Below, in pieces: positions 59,753-64,000 of a stretch of DNA of 64,000 bases. The stretch's first letter is position 1; the number at the start of each line of letters is the position of its first letter. The notes beneath the pieces are model-generated. The model was not told the DNA's origin and did not search any database. It worked only from the letters and a program-made list of their open reading frames with translations. This DNA comes from Acidimicrobiia bacterium (lineage in GTDB: Bacteria > Actinomycetota > Acidimicrobiia > Spongiisociales > ZC4RG35), in contig OZ244034.1 in assembly GCA_965215185.1 (NCBI GenBank), positions 2,624,001 through 2,688,000 of the forward strand, given 5' to 3'. The position numbers were made by a program, and so were the translations under genes.

Positions 59753-60625
59753 CTAGGTGCTCACCAGCCAGTCGGCGATGAGCTGTCCGATCTCGGGCCC
59801 GGAGTCTTCTTGGATGAAGTGGGTTCCCCGTACGGTGTTTTCGGTCTGGTTGGGCCAGGAGCGGCAAAACTCCCGTTGCTTTCCGATCAGGATGGTCCCC
59901 GGCTTGGCGTTGATGAACAGCTTGGGCACCTGGCTGTCCGCCAGCCACTGCGCGTAATCGGCGACAATCTGAGCTACATCGTTGGGCTTGCCATCGATGG
60001 GAATCTCCCGCGGCCAGGTCAGTGTGGGCCGGCGGGTCTCGCCTCCGTCGGCGTAGGGTCGGCGATACTCGGCCATCACCTCCTCCGACAGGGGATCAAT
60101 CACCGAGGCGGGAAGGATCCTCTCCACGAACACGTTCTTGTTGATAACGATCTCCTCCCCGGCCGGTGAACGCATGGCTTCGAATATGTGCCGAGCGGGT
60201 CCCGGCCAATCGTCCCAGGAGACCGGGCAGACGATCGTCTCCATGTAGACCAAGCCCCGGACCGCGTCTCGGTTGCGGTTGGCCCAATCGAAGGCCAGGG
60301 CTCCACCCCAGTCATGTCCCACCAAGGTCACATTGTCGGTGGCCCCCACCGCTTCCAGCCAACCATCCACGTACCGGCGGTGCTCCACGAAGCGATAGGA
60401 GCTCGGTCCCGAGGAATCGAGCTTGTCGGAATCCCCCATCCCGATCAGATCGGGCGCCAGGCATCGACCTTGGCCGACCAACGGCAGGATGACGTTGCGC
60501 CACAAGAAGGAAGAAGTGGGATTTCCGTGAAGGAAAACGATCGGGTCGCCTTTGCCGGCCTCGGTGTAGGCTATGCCCTTGCCGAGGACTTCCACGTATT
60601 TCTTGGAGGATGCGAAGTTGCTCAT
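59753..60625 (-). CDS. Haloalkane dehalogenase (LinB/DhaA subfamily)
   Basis: HGNPTSS, HDWGG nucleophile, YMET, WPREIP, HFIQED. Confidence 0.93.
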   Translation of the reverse strand: MSNFASSKKYVEVLGKGIAYTEAGKGDPIVFLHGNPTSSFLWRNVILPLVGQGRCLAPDLIGMGDSDKLDSSGPSSYRFVEHRRYVDGWLEAVGATDNVTLVGHDWGGALAFDWANRNRDAVRGLVYMETIVCPVSWDDWPGPARHIFEAMRSPAGEEIVINKNVFVERILPASVIDPLSEEVMAEYRRPYADGGETRRPTLTWPREIPIDGKPNDVAQIVADYAQWLADSQVPKLFINAKPGTILIGKQREFCRSWPNQTENTVRGTHFIQEDSGPEIGQLIADWLVST

Positions 60626-60744
60626 GGGGCAAGCTTAGAAAGCGGATGTGACGATTTCGGGTGGCGCCCAAGGCCCACCTTGCCCGGCGGCGGCTCTAAC
60701 CCCACAGACGAGGGCTTCCACTCACATCCGTATACCCTGGGGAC

Positions 60745-61392
60745 ATGGAACTTACACAGGCTCTCTATACAACCCGCGCCATGCGCCGGGTGCTGCCAGA
60801 CCCGATTCCCACCGAGGTGGTGCAGGCAATGTTGGACGCGGCGGTGCGCTCCCCCTCGGGCGGTAACGCTCAAAACTGGCGTTTTGTGGCCGTTGCCGAT
60901 CCGCAGGTGCGAACCGGACTGGGCGCGCTCTATCAGGAGGCATTCGCCACTCTATTGGAAAAGGTCTACGGCAAGATCTTGGATCGGGCCCGCCGGGGCG
61001 GCGACGAAAAGACGCTTAGCGTCTTCAAATCAGCCCAGTGGCTGGCCGACAACGCCGCCGAAGTCCCGCTGTGGCTGCTTTTCTACACAAGAGGAGACCA
61101 GTCGGGAGCATCTACCTACCCGGCAGTGTGGAGCGCCATGCTGGCTGCTCGCGGACATGGGGTGGGCACATGTCTCACCACCATCCTGGGAGACTTCAAA
61201 GCGGCCGAAACCGACAAGTTATTGGGAGTCCCGGCCGACCGGGGCTGGAAGCAGGCGGCGGCCGTTTCCTGTGGGTATCCGATGGGTCGGTGGGGCGTAG
61301 CCAGTCGCCGTCCCGTCCACGAGGTCGCCTACGCCGACCGATGGGACACTCCGGTCTCCTGGAGGGTCGACGAGCCTCTTTGGAGTGGTTAG
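60745..61392 (+). CDS. Nitroreductase family
   Basis: TRAMRR, SPSGGNAQNW, ARGHGVG, GYP. Confidence 0.9.
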   Translation: MELTQALYTTRAMRRVLPDPIPTEVVQAMLDAAVRSPSGGNAQNWRFVAVADPQVRTGLGALYQEAFATLLEKVYGKILDRARRGGDEKTLSVFKSAQWLADNAAEVPLWLLFYTRGDQSGASTYPAVWSAMLAARGHGVGTCLTTILGDFKAAETDKLLGVPADRGWKQAAAVSCGYPMGRWGVASRRPVHEVAYADRWDTPVSWRVDEPLWSG

Positions 61393-62471
61393 GTCGATGA
61401 ACCCGGTATCTCCCCAAACAGCCTCTCGTAAGCAGAGATCGCGGCCCGGTCGGTGAAACCCGCCACGTAGTCGACGGCCCTCACCTGGGGAGGGTCATTC
61501 TCCAGCCCGAACCCGTCTGGGAGATCCTGGGGGTACTGGATGTAATGCTCCACCAGTCGGGTGATGACTCCGATAGCCCAATTGTGCTCGCGCCGGCGGT
61601 CGGGGCTTTCGTACACCCTTTCGAACATCATCGTCCGGAAATCGGTCATAACCGAAAGGGCCCCCGGATCCATGCAGATGGCCCCGGTCCGAGCGGATTC
61701 GTTGATAACGGCGCGGGACATGGAGGATGTCCATTGGCCGGGTTCCCCGAATCTTTGAATCATGTCGGACGGGATGTCCTGTGGTGACAGGGCTTGGTGG
61801 CGAAATGCGTCGTCCAGATCGTGGGTTAGGTAGGCGATACGGTCCGCGAATCGACACAGCATTCCCTCGGGAGTGGCGGGAGCAGGTTTGACCCGCCAGG
61901 TGTGCGCCCGGATCCCGTCCAAGGTTTCGAAGGTGAGGTTGAGGGGCTCCAACAGGTTGAGCAGCCGGATGCCGTGGGCGGCGTGGTGCCAATCGCCCTC
62001 TTCCACGTAGGGAGAGAGGGCCTCTTCGCCGACATGCCCGAAAGGCGAATGGCCGATGTCGTGTCCCAGGCATATTGCCTCGGTGAGGCCCTCGTTCAAG
62101 CCCAACGCCACCGCCAGGAATCTTCCGATCTGGGCGACATGGATGGTGTGGGTGAGGCGGGTGATCACATGGTCACCGGGTGGGTCGGGGAACACCTGGG
62201 TCTTGTTGCGCAGACGGCGGAAGGCTTTGGAGAACAGCAATCGGTCCCGGTCGACCTGGAAGGAAGTCAATAGGTCGTCGGGCGGCTCGGGTATAGACCT
62301 TCCTCGGGAGTCGGCCGAGCGAGTGGCCAAGGGGGAGAGCGAGGTCTCGGCTAACTGGCGGCGGCGGCGGTCCCGGATACGAAGAGGTGACTCGGCCGAT
62401 CGGGCTGTCACGCATTGTCCTCCCGTTGCGGTCGCCTTCGAAAGTAGCTTTTCAGTGCGGTCTTCGGGCAT
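61389..62471 (-). CDS. HD-domain dNTP triphosphohydrolase (dGTPase-like)
   Basis: FRRLRNKTQV, TRLTHT, GHDIGHSPFGH, ADRIAY, DYVAGFTD; start uncertain. Confidence 0.9.
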   Translation of the reverse strand: MPEDRTEKLLSKATATGGQCVTARSAESPLRIRDRRRRQLAETSLSPLATRSADSRGRSIPEPPDDLLTSFQVDRDRLLFSKAFRRLRNKTQVFPDPPGDHVITRLTHTIHVAQIGRFLAVALGLNEGLTEAICLGHDIGHSPFGHVGEEALSPYVEEGDWHHAAHGIRLLNLLEPLNLTFETLDGIRAHTWRVKPAPATPEGMLCRFADRIAYLTHDLDDAFRHQALSPQDIPSDMIQRFGEPGQWTSSMSRAVINESARTGAICMDPGALSVMTDFRTMMFERVYESPDRRREHNWAIGVITRLVEHYIQYPQDLPDGFGLENDPPQVRAVDYVAGFTDRAAISAYERLFGEIPGSST

Positions 62472-62505
62472 GATGTTCTGTGGTCGAATATACCATTCGT
62501 AGGAT

Positions 62506-64000
62506 ATGGAGTACCGGGCGCTATATCGCAAATACCGGCCACAAGTCTTTGGGGAGGTGATCGGCCAGGAACATGTGACCAAAACCTTGGTTCGGGAGGC
62601 GCGAGAAAGACGGGTGGCCCACGCCTATCTGTTCGCCGGACCGCGAGGAACCGGAAAGACCTCCACGGCCCGGATTCTGGCCAAGGCCATCAACTGCGAA
62701 GATCCGCGTCCCGATGGTGAGCCCTGTGACGAATGCGCCACCTGCCAGGCTATATCCGCCGGCAGTTCGCTGGATGTCCAGGAGTTGGACGCCGCCTCGC
62801 ACAACTCGGTGGAGAACATCCGGGAAATCCGGGTGCAGGTGACCATGGTGGCGGCTGGTCCATCCGCCCATCGGGTCTTCATCCTCGATGAGGCGCACAT
62901 GCTGTCCACCGCCGCCTGCAACGCGCTGCTGAAGACCCTGGAGGAACCGCCGCCCAATGTCCATTTCATCCTGGCCACCACCGAGCCCTACAAGCTGCTG
63001 GACACCATTCGATCCCGAAGCCAGCGCTTCGACTTTCATCCCGTACCGGCGGAGACCCTCACCCGCCATCTGCGTTGGGTGTCCGAACAGGAAGGCTACG
63101 AAGTAGGCGATGGTGGTTTGGAGATGGTCGCTCGCCACGCGCAGGGAAGCGTTCGCGACTCGCTGAGCCTCTTGGAGCAGGTGGCCGCTCTGGGTGATGG
63201 GCGAGTGAATCCGGAAGGGGTAGAGCGGGCGCTGGGAGTGGCGGATCGAGCTTCTATGATGGTCCTGGCCAAGGCGGTGGCCGATCGGGACGCTCCGGCG
63301 GTACTGTCGCTGGTGGGCCGTCTGGATCGTCTGGGGGTAAACCTGCGATCCTTTATTTCCGAGGCGATCGGGTTCTTCCGAGGGGTGTATTTGGCGCATC
63401 ACCTTTCCGATCCTCGTGCAGTTTCCGATGAACCCTCCGAAACGGTAGAAGATTGGACGCAGACGGCTAAAACCCTGTCCGTCTCCGATGTAAATCGGGT
63501 TATCGATCAGCTAGGGGAGGCGCTGATCAAAATACGGGAAGGCCGGGAGGAGCGCCTCATGCTGGAAATGGCGCTCTTGTGGATCGTCCGTCCTGAAACC
63601 TCCATCCATCCTGCCGCCCTGCTCAGAAGGATCGAGGCACTGGAAGCCCGGATGACGGAGGCTCGCGTTCCGGTTCCGGGGGTCATATCCACCGCTGGTT
63701 CAACCGCGGCGGCTGTCCCGGCCGCCTCACCTCCACATCCCTCCAAGGCTGATGTTTCGTCTGCGTCGGCCTCTCGACCCACTACCAAGCCAAAAGAGTC
63801 CCCCGCTCCGGCTGAAAGGCCCCCGGCAGAAGCCTCTGACTCGCCGCCCCTTACCGGTCCTCTCACCTACCAACAGGTGCTGGGCATGTGGGCCGAGATC
63901 GTAGGGGGTTTCAACCGGATGGATAACGCACTCCTACGTCAGACCAGACCGGTCGCCTTGGAGGGAAACCGTCTGATGATCGATTGTGGCAGTTCTTTCC
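62506..64000 (+). CDS. dnaX: DNA polymerase III subunit gamma/tau (runs off the window)
   Basis: MEYRALYRKYRPQ, GPRGTGKT, Zn Cys cluster, DEAHML, LKTLEEPP; absent from the ORF track because there is no stop in the window. Confidence 0.96.
   Translation, partial: MEYRALYRKYRPQVFGEVIGQEHVTKTLVREARERRVAHAYLFAGPRGTGKTSTARILAKAINCEDPRPDGEPCDECATCQAISAGSSLDVQELDAASHNSVENIREIRVQVTMVAAGPSAHRVFILDEAHMLSTAACNALLKTLEEPPPNVHFILATTEPYKLLDTIRSRSQRFDFHPVPAETLTRHLRWVSEQEGYEVGDGGLEMVARHAQGSVRDSLSLLEQVAALGDGRVNPEGVERALGVADRASMMVLAKAVADRDAPAVLSLVGRLDRLGVNLRSFISEAIGFFRGVYLAHHLSDPRAVSDEPSETVEDWTQTAKTLSVSDVNRVIDQLGEALIKIREGREERLMLEMALLWIVRPETSIHPAALLRRIEALEARMTEARVPVPGVISTAGSTAAAVPAASPPHPSKADVSSASASRPTTKPKESPAPAERPPAEASDSPPLTGPLTYQQVLGMWAEIVGGFNRMDNALLRQTRPVALEGNRLMIDCGSSF

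Noticed and set aside
63600-64000. Programmed frameshift site in dnaX
   Set aside because: No A-AAA-AAG or long homopolymer slippery site seen in the available part

Overview
High-GC, actinobacterial-type DNA. Acidimicrobiia and a possibly host-associated lifestyle are inferred from gene style only. Bases 1-44 kb are accessory catabolic and transport DNA. Bases 44.7-64 kb are housekeeping genes (rpsF-ssb-rpsR-rplI, panB, nfo, uppS, pepP, dGTPase, dnaX). The left part is a nested mobile structure. One of two paralogous Dpp/Opp ABC operons has its substrate-binding gene split in frame (..GLPYLD|GIVYRT..) by a 25.4-kb insert (4857-30266) flanked by a CGTC repeat. The insert carries a P450/amidohydrolase/oxidoreductase cargo, an AlpA-like gene and a P4-type tyrosine integrase. 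The integrase is itself interrupted after codon 4 by an intact IS110. The non-coding end of that IS110 contains a readable bridge RNA whose four guide segments match the actual target and donor sequences. A mosaic of gene scars, the intact ABC paralog and a divergent dimethylformamidase-like/SDR/phosphotriesterase/amine-dehydrogenase-like operon follow. All calls come from reading motifs by eye; no database searches were run.
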